Below, in pieces: positions 1 to 13,172 of a stretch of 64,000 nt of DNA. The number at the start of each line of letters is the position of its first letter. The stretch's first letter is position 1. The stretch lies in assembly GCA_001662655.1 (NCBI GenBank), contig KV460253.1; one strand, 5' to 3'. The position numbers and the translations under genes are program-made. The notes under the pieces are model-generated. The model was not told the DNA's origin, made no database searches, and saw nothing but the letters and a program-made list of their open reading frames with translations. The DNA is from Pseudogymnoascus verrucosus (Eukaryota).

Positions 1-215
1 AAAAAAAANNGCCCATACCCCCACACCCCCACCACGCGCAGAAGAGAGAGAACCTTCCCACACACCACCACAGGAGCTGTGTGTATTCCAAACGTACCCG
101 CCCTTTATTGTCGAGTCTCTGTTTGTGTTTTACCGGTATCAAGGCTGTGGGGGGAGGGGTTTATATACAAGGGATATTGCGGGAGGGGAGAGGTGAGGTG
201 AGGGAAGGGGAGGGG

Positions 216-352
216 GGGTGAGATGAGATGGGGTGAGATGAGGGGTGAGATGAGATGGGGTGAGATGAGATGGGATGAGATGAGATGGGATGAGATGAGA
301 TGGGATGAGATGAGATGGGATGAGATGAGATGGGATGAGATGAGGTGAGATG
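216..352. repeat. Pentanucleotide-based tandem repeat (GAGAT/GGGAT; 15-bp unit GGGATGAGATGAGAT)
   Basis: Repeat visible directly; explains the spurious [10 protein letters not shown] ORFs. Confidence 0.9.
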
Positions 353-871
353 GTTTGAGGTGTATGATACCCCTTTCCCCCTTTCCCATTCCATGAGCGA
401 ACCAGGAATGCCATACCAGATCAGACATCCAATTCCCACCTCACCCCTACCCCCTACCCCTTTCAACCCCCCTCAACCATCCACCACGTTAACCACTCCT
501 CACCACTCACCCCTCCCCACCCCCCATCCCTCAACCCCCCCCCTTCCCCATCCCTCAAACCCCCTCCCCCCCCTCCACCCCTTGCCCCCCACCACACACA
601 CACACCACATCCACCTTTCAAATCCACACACGACATGCTTCGCCCCCCGAAAGAACGATCCGTTCAGTAGAGGATGGGGGTTTTATCCTCTCCTCACCCC
701 TCGCCAAGCACATCTGCTTCTCTTCGCTCCTGGACTTGAGGTTATGGGGGTGATGGGTGATGGGGATGGGGATGCGGTTTGCAAGGGGATCGAAGAGAAC
801 GGGGAAAGAGGGTGTCGGGGGAAGAAGAAGGAGTGAAATTGGACAAAAGTCATTGTGAGTGTCTATTATTC

Positions 872-900
872 GTATGCGTATGTATGTATGTATGTATGTA
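872..900. repeat. (TATG)n microsatellite
   Basis: gtatgcgtatgtatgtatgtatgtatgta. Confidence 0.8.
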
Positions 901-1323
901 CAGTTTGTACCCCCCATCCAGGGCAGCTAATATACACAGCCACAGCCAGCGGGTTAACTTCCCCCACCTGGCCATCTTTCTCTCCATCTATTTTATCCTC
1001 CTTCCCCGCCCCACCTTCCATTGAAGATTGACGTTTGTTGAAGTTTAAAAAAACAGCAAAGCCCACAGCAAGCAACCATTCTCTCCCTTTTGGTTCCCGT
1101 AAAAACAGCAGGTGAATAATCCGTACAAACCCCCGCCCATCCCAGGCACCCAAAAAATCCCGCATCGCCCAATCGAAAACAAAAAACGAAACGGGTAAAA
1201 TACTCCGACAACCCCCGCACTTGCACGCCAAACACCCCATCCATCCCATATCCCACCATCCCCCATTCCCCAAGCCCCCTTCACCCAACCAAAGAAACCC
1301 GTAGACGAACACCCCCTCACCCC

Positions 1324-3655
1324 TCACGCAGCACCAGTCTCAAAAACCATAGGCGTCCCCCCCAAATGATGCCCCCCTCCCACCCCTCCATACCCCCCCC
1401 TCGCAGCCAGAACACCCATCCTCTCCCTCTCCACCTTCTCCGCATCCCTCCTCGCCCTATCCGCCTTCGTAACCCTCGGTTTCCTCGTCGCCCCTCCCCC
1501 CCTAGTTTCCTTCCCCTCCTTCCCCCCTCCATCTTTCCCCCCCTCCTTCCCCGCAGCACCAGCATGGCCACCACGTGTCCCACTCGCAACCCTCGCACCC
1601 CCCCGTCCGCGGGATCCTCCCCTCCCCCTCTTCCCCCCCTCCCCACGCTCAAGCGTCGGTTTCTCCCCATCCGGCACAAGAGGGCCCGAGTAGACAAAAA
1701 ACCCATCCACCGACGCCGCCGCCTGCTCCTCCCACAGGAGATCCGAATCATCCACGAAATCATCCTCCTTATCATAATCATCCTCCTTCATCTTGCGCTT
1801 CTTCACGACCTTCTTCCCCGCATCAGTGCCGGTCCGGCCATCGCTCACGCCGCCCATCTCGACGTTGGAGTTGTCGCCCTCGTTGTCCGACATGTCGAGG
1901 GACATCTCATCGCCGCTCTCCTTATGTCCTGACTTCTCCAGCGCGGCACCCGCGGCAGCGACGCGCGCGAGACGTTCACGCTGCGCCGCCAACCGGGGGT
2001 GGAGAGCATCCCATCCGTACCGCTCCTCGGCGAGACGAGTGAAGTTGATGTATTTATTCGATCCACCGTTCAGCGGGATGTGCAGCACGATCGTAGGAGC
2101 TCTCGACTCCGTCCCGTCTTTAGGGGCATTGAAGAAGCTGTTTCCTTGTCCTGGGAGAGGGGGAGGTGTGGCGTCGATGGGTTTGGAGGGTTTGGGGGCG
2201 GCGGTGATGGTGGAGACGGGTTTGGAAATGGATGTTATCTGCGCCGGGTTTGGTGTGAATGACGGCGGTGGCGCAGGGGCGCGGACGTATGGTTTCGCCT
2301 CTTCCTGGCGAGAGCGAGTAGCGGATTGAACACCAGACGATGGCGAAGGCCCAGTAGAAGGGTTGAGAGTAGGCGAAGGAACGACGCGATTGGAAGTCGG
2401 CGACGGCGGGACAGAGGTATGCATCTTCATCTGGTGCTGGAAGAACGACTGCGCAGCCATAGACGGCGACGTCGAAGCCTGGTGTGGTGGATCGACCAGA
2501 CTCGCAATAGAAGGCGACGCGCTGGCGCGATTCGACGGCGCGGGCTTGGGCGACATCTGCGCGTGGTATGGGTTATGGCTCGGCACGTTCTCGCGCACCG
2601 GATCGTAGTTTGAGCGGATCGGGTCGTAGTTCTGGCCGCTCGACCTCATCGGCTGCGACTGTTGTGGTTGTTGCGACGGCTGAGGTTGAGGTTGTGGTGG
2701 CGGCGCGGAGTTAAAGAACGAGACAGGCGTGGACTTCTGAATATCCTCAAACTTGCCGTTTTGGGGTCCTGCTGCGGCAGCGGTGGCGGCGGCGGCAGCG
2801 GCGTTGTACTGCTGCTGTTGCTGCGCCTGCGGCTGGAACGGCTCGTTTAGGATCCTGTACCCCGGCTCGTTGGCCGCCGGTCGCATGTTCATGTCGGTCA
2901 GCTTGGACTGTCGTGTCGCAGCGTGTGCTGGTCTTGCTGCGGTGGTGGTGGTGTTATTATTATCCTCATCGGCATCCTGTGTCGCCGTCGTATTATTCGA
3001 GGCAGTTACTCTCTTCTTGCGCGGGACGGGAGCGGCGTTGGGGTCTTTGGCCTCTCGTGGCTTGCGCGTGCGCTTGGGTTTGGTGTCGGTGCTAGTTGCC
3101 GAGGCCCCATCGGCGACGATGGGAACCTTTGGCTTGCGGCCTGGCTTTTTTCGGGCAGGTGGAGCGGAAGGTAGTGATGCTGTAAGGTCGGGAGATTAAT
3201 TAGTTATTTTCCTTTGTACTGTTGTACCGTAGTACCGTATGTGAAATTAAAATTGTTTTGTAATGCGACAAAAGAATGTGAATGTGAATGTGAATGGTGA
3301 TAATTGAAAAAGTGGGAATATCCCCATATGGAGCCGTTGTGGTGGAAATAATAATGTGGTTGGGGGGTACAAAGCCAAAAGTAGCGATGTGTTGTGTTGT
3401 GTTGTGATGATCAAAAAGTAAAATTAAATAAGAAAAATGTGGACAGGTTGTCGTTCGTTACTTACCGCGTTCGTCGACAACACCACCACCAGAACCGACG
3501 ATGTTGGAATCCTGAGCGTCGCGTTGATCCCTCAGCAGTTGGCGAGCGGCAGGTGACCCCGGATCGGATGGGGAGCACGGCGGCGGACTCGACAGTTCCG
3601 GGGATGAGCTGTAACGAGATATTCCGTTGTTGGAGGGACCATCAACACCAGACAT
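1324..3655 (-). CDS. HPC2: HIR histone chaperone complex subunit Hpc2 (HUN/HRD domain); 2 exons (3655-3466, 3179-1324)
   Basis: C-terminal DDYDKEDDFVDDSDLLWEEQAAASVDGFFVYSGPL and YINFTRLAEERYGW motifs; GTAAG donor at 3465 and CTAAT...TTACAG acceptor at 3180 join exon 1 in frame with the 522-aa ORF. Confidence 0.88.
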
Positions 3656-6384
3656 TTTGGGTCTGGGGGGAGATGAGATGGATGATGATGGGATGGGGAA
3701 AAGGCGAGAAGTCGAGTTATAAAACGCGATTTCCGGGTTTGGATGTATGGAGATGGAGATGATGATCTGTTATGCCGGCATATAAGAAGCAGATCAAACA
3801 GACCCAAGAAGGGGTTGGCGTTGGCGTTGGAGGTAAGAGAGAGAGAGCTTCGTTGGAGCGAGCTTGCCGGGTACAGAAATATCGAAAAGAAGGAAGTACC
3901 TCTCAAAAATAAAGAACTTCAAAAAATGAAAGACCTCAAATTTGAAATCACGGGCGCAGATCCGAAAGGGGAAAGAAATTAATGATCCGTAGTTTCGTAG
4001 TCGTTGTTGTTCGTTGGGGTGGCGAAATGGGGGTACGGCGTGGGAGAAAGGACCACCAGGCAAACGAAACGTTGCCGAAAGAGAGATGTGAATAGCTTCA
4101 ACTCCGCGACGACACCTTTTTGCGAAAAAAACGGCGAACGAAGCCGAGATATCGTCGGCGTGCTAAGGTAATCCGGTCGTCTGTATCGATGAGTCGATTG
4201 CTGCGAGCTGGGCGGATTGAAGGGCGGTGATTTGAGGGCGGTTTGGATGGATTATGATGGTGTTTTTGATGGAATGAGGCTGTTGTGATGAAGGCGTTGG
4301 GGGTGGAAAAGAGGATGAAGATGGAGAGTTGTGGTGAGGTGGTGGAAGATGGGTGTTGAGTTGATGTGGTTGTTGGGGCGGCGGGTATTGGGGGGGGGGG
4401 CGAGCGTTTATGGATTATGGATTTATGGATGGGGGATGGGATTTATTGGGTCTATGTATAGAGTAGAGGAGAGGTAAAGAAAGGAACTAGTCGGACGAGG
4501 AGTGGGAGTGGGAATGAATTGGGGGGAGGGAATGCGGAATGGGTAAAGGAATTGAAACAGACGGAGGGAGGGAGGGATGGGAGACGAGAGACGAGAGGGA
4601 AGGGAAGAAGATTAGCGGGTACGGGGGACGGGGGGAGTAGAGGAGGTGGAAGAGGAAGAGGAGGAAAGGCAAAGGGTGGGAGTGGGAGTGAGGGATGGGA
4701 GGGAAGAGAGGGAATCAAACCATCTGGGGGAGAGAAGGGGGGAATTAATTGGGAGAGAGGTAGAGACGGCGGACATAGTAAGAAAAAGGGTAGAGTGGTG
4801 GAAATGGGTAGAGGTGGTAGAGTAGGTAGAGTAGGTAGAGTAGGTAGGCAAGCAATAATAAGAAGAATGGACAAAATGACCAAGAAGGGTTTAGGTCGGA
4901 TGGGGAGATGGGAAAGGGCGGATGTGAGAGAGTGAGAGGCGGGATATGGCTGGACGACACGACACGACACGGGGACACGGGGACACGGGGACTGGGGACT
5001 GACAGTACCGCTGGCTGGTGGCTGGTACTTTTTGTGAGGGATACCTACCACGTACCCACACACGTATAATCCCATATCCCATACCTATGCCGTGAGTACC
5101 GGGGGCTGGGCGAGAGACGAGACAAGAGGGGATGGGGGATGGAGGGACAAAGGGAAGAGGGTGGTATCGGGGGTAGGAGTGGGTGATATGTAGTATATTG
5201 TTGTCTGATGAGTCTTATTAGCAGGGGAGAAGTGTGAATAGAGGTACAGCTGGTGATGGCTGTGATGGTGATGACGGGACAGTGCAGTTGCAGTCGTAGT
5301 CTGTATGCGTGCGGTGTGTGTGTCTATTTGTATCTTTTATACCTCTATTTCCCCTAGTAATATCGCCATCGACGGAAAGTAAGAGATGTGCACGCGGCCA
5401 TATAGAAGATACATCCCTTAAGTACCATAACATACCAGTAATTAAATCACAAGCGGTAAAAAAAGTATCCTCTGTCGTCTCCCTCGCACGTGATATATCA
5501 ACGATTCATGGGAGATGGGCACCAATATCCCGATGATGCATGGTTCCCGATGCACAGTAGAGGTAGGGGGTACGTACCTTAGCTCTTTTTGTCTTTTGTG
5601 GATGGATGGGAGTGGTGTGGTGGGTGTGGGAGGATGCAGGGGCCTGGGACACACACAGAACAGAAGGTACGAACGGGATTATGTAAGCGGCAGTGATCTG
5701 TCTTTGTGTACAGCGTAGGGCTTTACACAGAGGATGTCTTATCGATGGTAATTAACCACGATACACAGAGTATGCCAGTACACATACCATACACAGTATA
5801 ACACACAATACAATACAATACAATACACACTCCTCACTCTCTAACAAACAGTCTATATATATCCCACACCCATCCATTCCGCCCGTCTCCCTCCTCCCAT
5901 CTATCCCAACCCCTCGGATCCCCCACCAGTAGTCCTCCCACTACCCGCTCTAACCTACCTCGGTTAGTGGGAACGGGTGGCAGTCACCGATCCACCCCGG
6001 TTATTAGGCGATGGGTGTGGTGGGTGTGGTGTGCCACAACTTTAAAAATCCCGTGCTGTGTGTGGCTGACTAAGGGAAGATGTACGGGGAGGTGACGGGT
6101 GTGTGGCTTACCGTACAGAGAGGGAGGGAAGGCTGACTAAGTGCGGCGCAGTAGGTGTAGTACGGCGAGGGAGAGGGAGAGAGGTGTGGCAAGGCTCGCG
6201 AAATTTGTCGGTGTTTGTGGACAGCCTTCTTCACCAGGCTGAACCGATTGTTCCGTTGGTTGTAGAGGGTTTTACGACGGCGACGGCGACAGATACAGCA
6301 AACAACCTTCAATATCTTCGCGACTACTGTATTAAATATACACCTACACCTACACAGTCTCACCTCACCTCACATTACCTCACT

Positions 6385-6408
6385 TCACACACACACACAC
6401 ACACACAC
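6385..6408. repeat. (CA)n microsatellite just upstream of RBA50
   Basis: cacacacacacacacacacacac. Confidence 0.85.
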
Positions 6409-6421
6409 CACCACCACAACA

Positions 6422-8143
6422 ATGTCCGCACGCGCCGAGCGCTTCATCCTCGATCTCTCCGACGACGACGAAGGCGAAGATTCCCCCACCACACACCCCT
6501 CCAACAACCAACCTTCCACCAACACATCGAATCCCCTCAACCCCACCACCGCCTTCCAAACAATTGCCACCCCAGACTCATTTATTAAAGACATAATCGA
6601 ACGCACACCCTCCGCCCCCAAACCACCTTCTGCACCAGTGTTCAAACAGACTACTACTGGGTTCCCGGAGCATAGGAAGAGGGGGAGTCGGTTTAAAAGT
6701 TCTAGAGGTGGGGGGGCTGTGTCGACACCGGCAGCGGCAGCGGTAGAGGGGAAGGATGGGATTTCTCCAGCTTCGTCGCGGGGGGGAGGAGGGTTAGGTG
6801 GGAGGGGTGGGGAGGATGTGGTGGATAGAGACGAAGAGGAGAGGAGGGCGATTGACCTCGAAAACCAGAAGAAGATCGCTGCCATGTCACCCGAAGAAAT
6901 CGAGACCGAACGCGCAGAACTTCTATCCGCCCTCGACCCGAATCTGGTGCGCATGTTGATGAACCGAGGTGCGAAGAAGACAGCCCCGGAAAAGGTGTCT
7001 GATGCGGCTTTGGTTCATAAGATGAAGGGGGACCTGACGGGAGATAAGGGGGAGAAGAGGGAGATGGGATTAGAGGATTACCTTAAGAGAGCGAATATTG
7101 ATGATGGGAGGGGGGATACGTGGGTTGAGACGCCGGAGCCGAGGGTGGTTGATGTTACGGAAGATGATACATCCGCTGTGGTGGCGGCGGGGAAGGGAGT
7201 TGACTCAGCAGCGACTGCGGCGGCTTCGATACCGGCGGGCAAACAGGCTACGGATGGAAAGAAAGAGGAAGGGACTCGGATTCCCAAACCAAAGGGTCGA
7301 AGAATCGAACCCACGAAAGCAGTTCACTGGCTTGAAAACGATGAGGTTGAACCAAAGGAGATACCTGAGTTACAACCTGTGTCGGAGTTTAAACCACGGG
7401 GACATACACACGCCTCTACCTCCAGCACCACCTCTGATCAACCTACCGACACCACCACAGATACCACCTCCGCCGACCGACCCACCACCGACTCGACAGA
7501 AAACATCGACTCTCTCCACTTCCCCCGTCCCCCAACATTACCGGATTTAGACCCCTCGTCCCCGAATTTTTTGCAGGATCTACATACAGCCTACTTCCCC
7601 TCTCTTCCGTCCTCGTCAGCTTCTTTAGCGTGGTTGGCTCCTTTACCCACCCCTGGGTCTGCGGCGGATTTGGAGTCAACATACCATCCCTCTCAGACTT
7701 CGATACCAGCTTCGAGTCTGCGGTTTGATTTCAAAGGCCAACTTCTCCCTCCTCGGATATCCCGCGCGATGCCGGTAGATCGCGGGTTGCATCACCATGC
7801 TGATGCTCCGGAGGCGGGGGGTTACACGATATCTGAGTTATCCGGGCTGTTGAGGAGTAGTGTGCCCCAGCAACGCGGGCTAGCGGCGATGGTACTAGGA
7901 CGGATATTGTATAGACTTGGGAAAGGGGAGTGGGGAGCGGGGAGCGAAGTGACGATGGGGCTTTGGAGGTGTGTGGAGGAGGGGGGGGTGGTGGGGGGGT
8001 TGGTTGGTATGGCTGGTGGGGAGAATGGGGATGAGGGGGAAGGGGGACAGGGGGGTGAGAGGCATAGGAGTGTGAAAGCCTACGCCACCGAAGCAGTCTG
8101 GCTCTGGCGAATGGGCGGCGGAAAAGTGATGGGCGCCATCTAA
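6422..8143 (+). CDS. RBA50: RNA polymerase II-associated protein Rba50/RPAP1
   Basis: RPAP1 N-terminal motif IDLENQKKIAAMSPEEIETERAELL and C-terminal motif LRFDFKG...GLHHHADAPEAGGYTISEL..LLRSSVPQQR; single 573-aa ORF. Confidence 0.9.
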   Translation: MSARAERFILDLSDDDEGEDSPTTHPSNNQPSTNTSNPLNPTTAFQTIATPDSFIKDIIERTPSAPKPPSAPVFKQTTTGFPEHRKRGSRFKSSRGGGAVSTPAAAAVEGKDGISPASSRGGGGLGGRGGEDVVDRDEEERRAIDLENQKKIAAMSPEEIETERAELLSALDPNLVRMLMNRGAKKTAPEKVSDAALVHKMKGDLTGDKGEKREMGLEDYLKRANIDDGRGDTWVETPEPRVVDVTEDDTSAVVAAGKGVDSAATAAASIPAGKQATDGKKEEGTRIPKPKGRRIEPTKAVHWLENDEVEPKEIPELQPVSEFKPRGHTHASTSSTTSDQPTDTTTDTTSADRPTTDSTENIDSLHFPRPPTLPDLDPSSPNFLQDLHTAYFPSLPSSSASLAWLAPLPTPGSAADLESTYHPSQTSIPASSLRFDFKGQLLPPRISRAMPVDRGLHHHADAPEAGGYTISELSGLLRSSVPQQRGLAAMVLGRILYRLGKGEWGAGSEVTMGLWRCVEEGGVVGGLVGMAGGENGDEGEGGQGGERHRSVKAYATEAVWLWRMGGGKVMGAI

Positions 8144-9534
8144 GACGTCTCTATACAGCCCTATGGGATATCCCAACCCATTAATGAACAAATAAATAAA
8201 AATCACATGAATATCCTAGTTCAGTAGTTTCCTTCACCAATCCCTGGACTTATTCATCTGAGCTCTACCCCACCCCATCACCGAGATTCATAGTATATAA
8301 CACCCCCCCCTTGCCTTCCCGGAACTAGCGAACACAGAAATGTATTCAAGGACAATACGACCACTCTGGTTACACCATCCTAACGAGTACGTCCAGATAC
8401 CCCTCCACCCACGCACGACGGTTCTTGAAGCCCGGTAGAGCGGGAAGACTGGGGATGAGATGAACCGCCACTTAAACCACTACCACAACCAGCTCACTCG
8501 ACTCAGCCACTATATAAACCCCCCCTTTCTCACCCTTCCACTGTCAATCGGCACAGCAGCATAGCAATTCGTTGGAAGGAGTGCAATGGAAGATGTGGCT
8601 GGACCCCCTGGTGTTGTGAAATACAACAAACAACCCTTCGCCTCGCGCACCTCATCCTCCCTTCCTAGATGCTTGAGAAACTTCTGTACCCCGGTGGTGA
8701 CGGGGTGTGCGGTGACGACAGGTGAGCAACGGAAGCGGCGAGAGTAGTGGTGACGAGAGATCATGCGGTGATGAGGAACCCCGCCTCCCTAAGCTCATCT
8801 AGCTGCGTATTTGGGAAGGAGGAGCTGCCTATTTCTGCCCCGGGTATGTGGCGCAGCAGCTCGACTTTGAATTCGGTCATTGTCTGCTGGTATGTTATAT
8901 TGTGTTGATGTGGTTATTTCTGGCGGCCGGAGGGCGGTATTTATGCGGCACGCTGGTGTGGTAAATGTGAAGCTGGAGGGGGTTTTGCGGGGTTTTCTGG
9001 GGAAAGTGGGGAGGGGGGGGTGGGGAATGATACCCACCCCGCAGTCACATTTCCCTCCCTGTGAGTTTTAAAATCCTCTGTTTAGCCCCTATATTAGAGA
9101 AGTAAGTCTAATGCGTCATCTGCCAAGCAGCACCGGAAATTTTGAACGGAGGCAGGGCAGGTTGGTACAGGTGGCGACAATATTGAGTTCGTCTGGTCGT
9201 GTGTCCTAAAAGTCTCTAGAGGAATTGTGCTCAGAGAGCATTAATAGTGAGAGCCTATAACAGTTGAAAATAAAGACTCTTAATCACCACAAACTATAAG
9301 ATTTATATTACAAGCATTTGTAAGAGCTAGCTACTAATAAATTTAACAAAAGAAAAGAACTCTAATAGCTGTAATAGCTGTATTTGCTAGAATAGCATCT
9401 GTCATACTACTTAAAATGCACAGACTAGGTCTGTTAGACCTCCGCCGACATTTAGGCGCCATGAGTAGTCAAGAATAATCCCAATCGTTTCAATCAGCTC
9501 AGCATGCGCGGTTTGTCGAAGTCCAACGACCAAC

Positions 9535-12500
9535 TTACCAAGCACATCGCCCTAAAAGACTGTTTGGCCACGCCCTGATGTAGTATTTCCTTCCTTCTTC
9601 CAACAACAAAATGGCCAATCCAAACGCACCGGGAAGGAAGAAATACTCCACTGGCACTTCCGCAGTACCCAGCACGCGCTGAAACTCGGGGACATATAAC
9701 CAGAAAAAAACCATCACAAGTGCAAAGCCCATCGCTGGGAACAGGAGCCAATTCTTGGTTTCCTTGTTGAATAGAGGCGGATGCTGAAAGATGCTGAGCC
9801 TGCGTGTGCGTACTCCGAGGAGGTTAAACCACTGCATTACAACGAGATTGACGAAGTAGATCGAAGATGCGACGGCGAGTTTCGAGGCGACGAAATCAGC
9901 ATCGAGGTTGTCAGGGAGTGCGCCATACTGGAACCAGAAAACAGAGAAGGGGATCCCTTGGCGCTCGAGATACCAGAAAGCCATGGCAAAGGAGGCGATC
10001 GATTCGAGGACTCCGATGAATGCATAGGTTTGCACCATGAGCTGCCAGTTGACGAGACGGTCCAACTTGGGCTTGCGCGGGCGGCGGAGGAGGACGTCGG
10101 CCTCTGGTGCCTCGTACGCAAGAACAATCGCTGCAGCGCAGTCTGTGAAGCAGCAGATGATAATCATCAAGAACGAAGACAAGATTTGCGGGAGACCGAA
10201 GATGACATTGCCGAATACGGGCCAGAACTCGGAAAAGGATCCCGCGGGGAGTAGGTAGGCGATGGTCTTCTTGAGGTTATCAAAAACGACGCGGCCGTAC
10301 TGTACTGCATGAACGATAGCCGAAAAGGATTCTAGCAATACCATGTCCGCAGCCTCGATTGCTATGTCTGATCCGCTGCCGAGTGCGATTCCGATGTCGG
10401 CTGCTTTGAGGGAAGGGGCGTCGTTGACTCCGTCACCAGTCATCCCAACGATTTCGTCACGGCTTTGGAATTCCCGCACAATGCGGAGTTTCTGCTCGGG
10501 AGTTGTGCGGGCGAACACGATCTCGTCATATCGACAGAGTTGGTCCCATTGGCATTCGTTGAGAGTGATCAGCTCTGGACCGCTGACGACGATTGAAGTT
10601 ACAGGTTGGGGAGTCAGGTCAGATGATTTGTTGATAGATGAGGGTGCGGATACTTCATCGCGAGTGAGTGCGGTGACAGTCTTTACTGCACCTGGCGGGT
10701 TGGTAATGACGCCGCATTCGGCAGCAATAGCCTGTGCAGTCAACGCAAAGTCTCCAGTGACCTGAATAAAGCGTTAGAACCTTGCTCACTAGAGTCTTTG
10801 TATAGAACGCTTACCATAAATATGCGAATACCAGCTCGTCTGAGAATGCTCACTACCGAGGGTATCTCGTCGCGAGGAGGATCGACTATGCCAACAATCC
10901 CAACAAAGGTCAAGCCAGTCCTAGAATGCTCCATTATCTCGTCTTCGAACTCAGCATCAGCAGGAGTTGATTGAATTTGCTCATGACCTAGAGTTTTGCG
11001 AGCGAGTAAGATTACGCGTTTGCCCTGAGAAGACCAGCGGTCCTTCATGCAAGATATGCTAAAGCGGGTGGCTTCATTGAGGGGTTTGCTAACACCATCA
11101 CGGTCCACGAACATAGAGCATCTACTGATGAGGACATCTGGAGCTCCTTTAATCGTCAGGAGGCTTATAAGGTCAGCATTTGCTGTATTCAAGACACCGA
11201 TAAACTTACGTGGCATTCTGTCGGAATTCATTCGCCTCGGTGAGTGATAGAGCTAGATCCAGACCGACCTTATCAGCTAGAGTAAATGTCCTAATCATAT
11301 ACTTGTTCTTGCTATTGAAAGCGAGCTCGAAAGTTTTAACCCATGATTCTCGGACCTCTGTAACCGGCCCAAGGGACTCTGAGAAGCGAAGTATAGCCTG
11401 ATCGGTGGCATCCCCATGTATTTTCCGGTCGTGGAGCGGCAAGTGGTACGTAGCTGCATCGAAGTTTCCGGAATTGCACAACCCAGCAACGGTCCGCAAT
11501 TGAGAGACGGAGTTTTGGCCGTCGTCTGCATTTTTCTGACGGATCATTTCATCACGGCTACCTTCGACACTCATGTCAAAGGCACCAATGGCAGCTTTGG
11601 TGACGTACATTTTGTTCTACAGAGTCTGTTAGTTTCATTATGATATCGCGTTAAATACAGGACTCACCTTTGTCAAAGTACCAGTCTTATCTGAACATAT
11701 TACAGAAACTGAGCCAAGGGTTTCCACAGTCTTGAGGGACTTGCATAAAATCTTGTTTTTTCGCATGATGTTGGCAGTGATTGTCAGACTGGCAGTGACT
11801 GCGATTGGTAACCCTTCGGGGATGAAGGCAATGGCGACACTGACGCAGCTTACGATGAGCGCAGGCACTGAGATCCAACCAGGGTGGTTTTTACGAAGAT
11901 ATGCAGCCCTGATACAGTTAGTCGAGGATTACCATCGTGGATTTGCGAAAACTAACCAGACAATAATGAAAAGAACTATCATTGTCACCATGATGGAGAT
12001 AATGACAAAGACAAAGTTGAGGACTTCCTTCTCTAAAGGTGTCATACCGGTCGAAGGTTCGTTGGTTAGCTTTGCAATCCGACCAAAGACTGTCTCGTCG
12101 CCTGTGCTAACAACTACACCGAGACCACTTCCTGCTATGCAATGAGTGCCTTGTAGTCCAATGCATCGGGTTTCGAGGAAATTTGGATCGGTGCTGTCAA
12201 CCGTTCCGGGAAGAGGTGCAGATTCACCTGTATGTACGTGTCAGCTGCTGTATCTTTTTGTACCGCTATTAGACGTACCAGTCAGAATAGACCTATCAAA
12301 TCTCGCATCCGAAGAAATTTCGATGAGTCGCACATCAGCGGGAAGTTTGTTGCCGGCCTTGATATACAGAATGTCTCCAGGAACTATATCGCTAGCGAGT
12401 ACTGTAGCTTGGACGCCGTCCCGCAATATGATGCAGTTATCAGGAAGCATAGTAGTGATTGATGCCATGACCCGCGACGAAGACCAATCTTGCCACGCGT

Positions 12501-13172
12501 TAAATACAGCCTGGATAACGAAGACAGCGAGAAGGACAATAGCGAGTGCTAGGTTAGCAATAGCCGGTGCCGGTTCTCCGAGCGGCTTCCAAGATACGAA
12601 GACGAGAATACCACCAACGAGGAGGATGCTTCCAAATCCCTTGAAAAAGTATCCAAAAATTTGCTTTGTGTAATGGGTTGGTGGGTGAGAGGGAACATTT
12701 TTGCCGTACTTGGATATGTTCTTCTTTGCCTGTTCTGCGGAAAGACCTCGAGTCTTTGAGGTCGAAAGACGCTCGAAGATTTCTTCGGGAGAGACTATAT
12801 GCCAGTCGAGGTTCTCAAGCTCTACAATGTTGTTAGTTTCTGGGTAGTCACTCGTATCTCGCTGTAATACCTTTTGTGGCAGAGTTTTTATGCTTCTTGG
12901 CCTTTAAGAGCTCTTGATCAATACTCTCGTCGATTTGAAAAGACCTGTACAGCGTAAGCAATCGGCCAGTAATAGTATATTACCGCAACCTACACAGCTC
13001 GGTATTGAATAGGGAGTGCGTGTGAAGGATCAATTGATCCCCGGCGGCTGTGGCTGCTGTGAATCGAGAATTGCGAGTTTGAGCGATAGAGCGCGCGAGG
13101 CCTCGAGGCCGATTCCACATCATCTGCGGTCCATTGAATGCGAGGCCCTTCTTTTTCTGGAGGATTCGCCAT
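9535..13172 (-). CDS. ACU1: ACU-type K+/Na+ uptake P-type ATPase (fungal Na,K/H,K-ATPase-like), multi-exon
   Basis: SILTG|ES split by an intron, [57 protein letters not shown]; canonical introns reconcile the ORF pieces; start MANPPEKEG at 13172. ACU subfamily call is from recalled motifs. Confidence 0.82.

Noticed and set aside
105..1327. Many short overlapping ORFs at the window start
   Set aside because: Artefacts of microsatellites and C-rich low-complexity DNA downstream of HPC2
4452..5082. 207-aa Pro/Leu-rich and 138-aa Gly/Arg-rich ORFs
   Set aside because: Purine-rich low-complexity intergenic DNA; no recognisable domain
8500..9200. Possible ncRNA downstream of RBA50 (TATA-like site, TGATGA box C-like motif)
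   Set aside because: No box D partner and no 5S, tRNA, RNase P/MRP or snRNA consensus recognised
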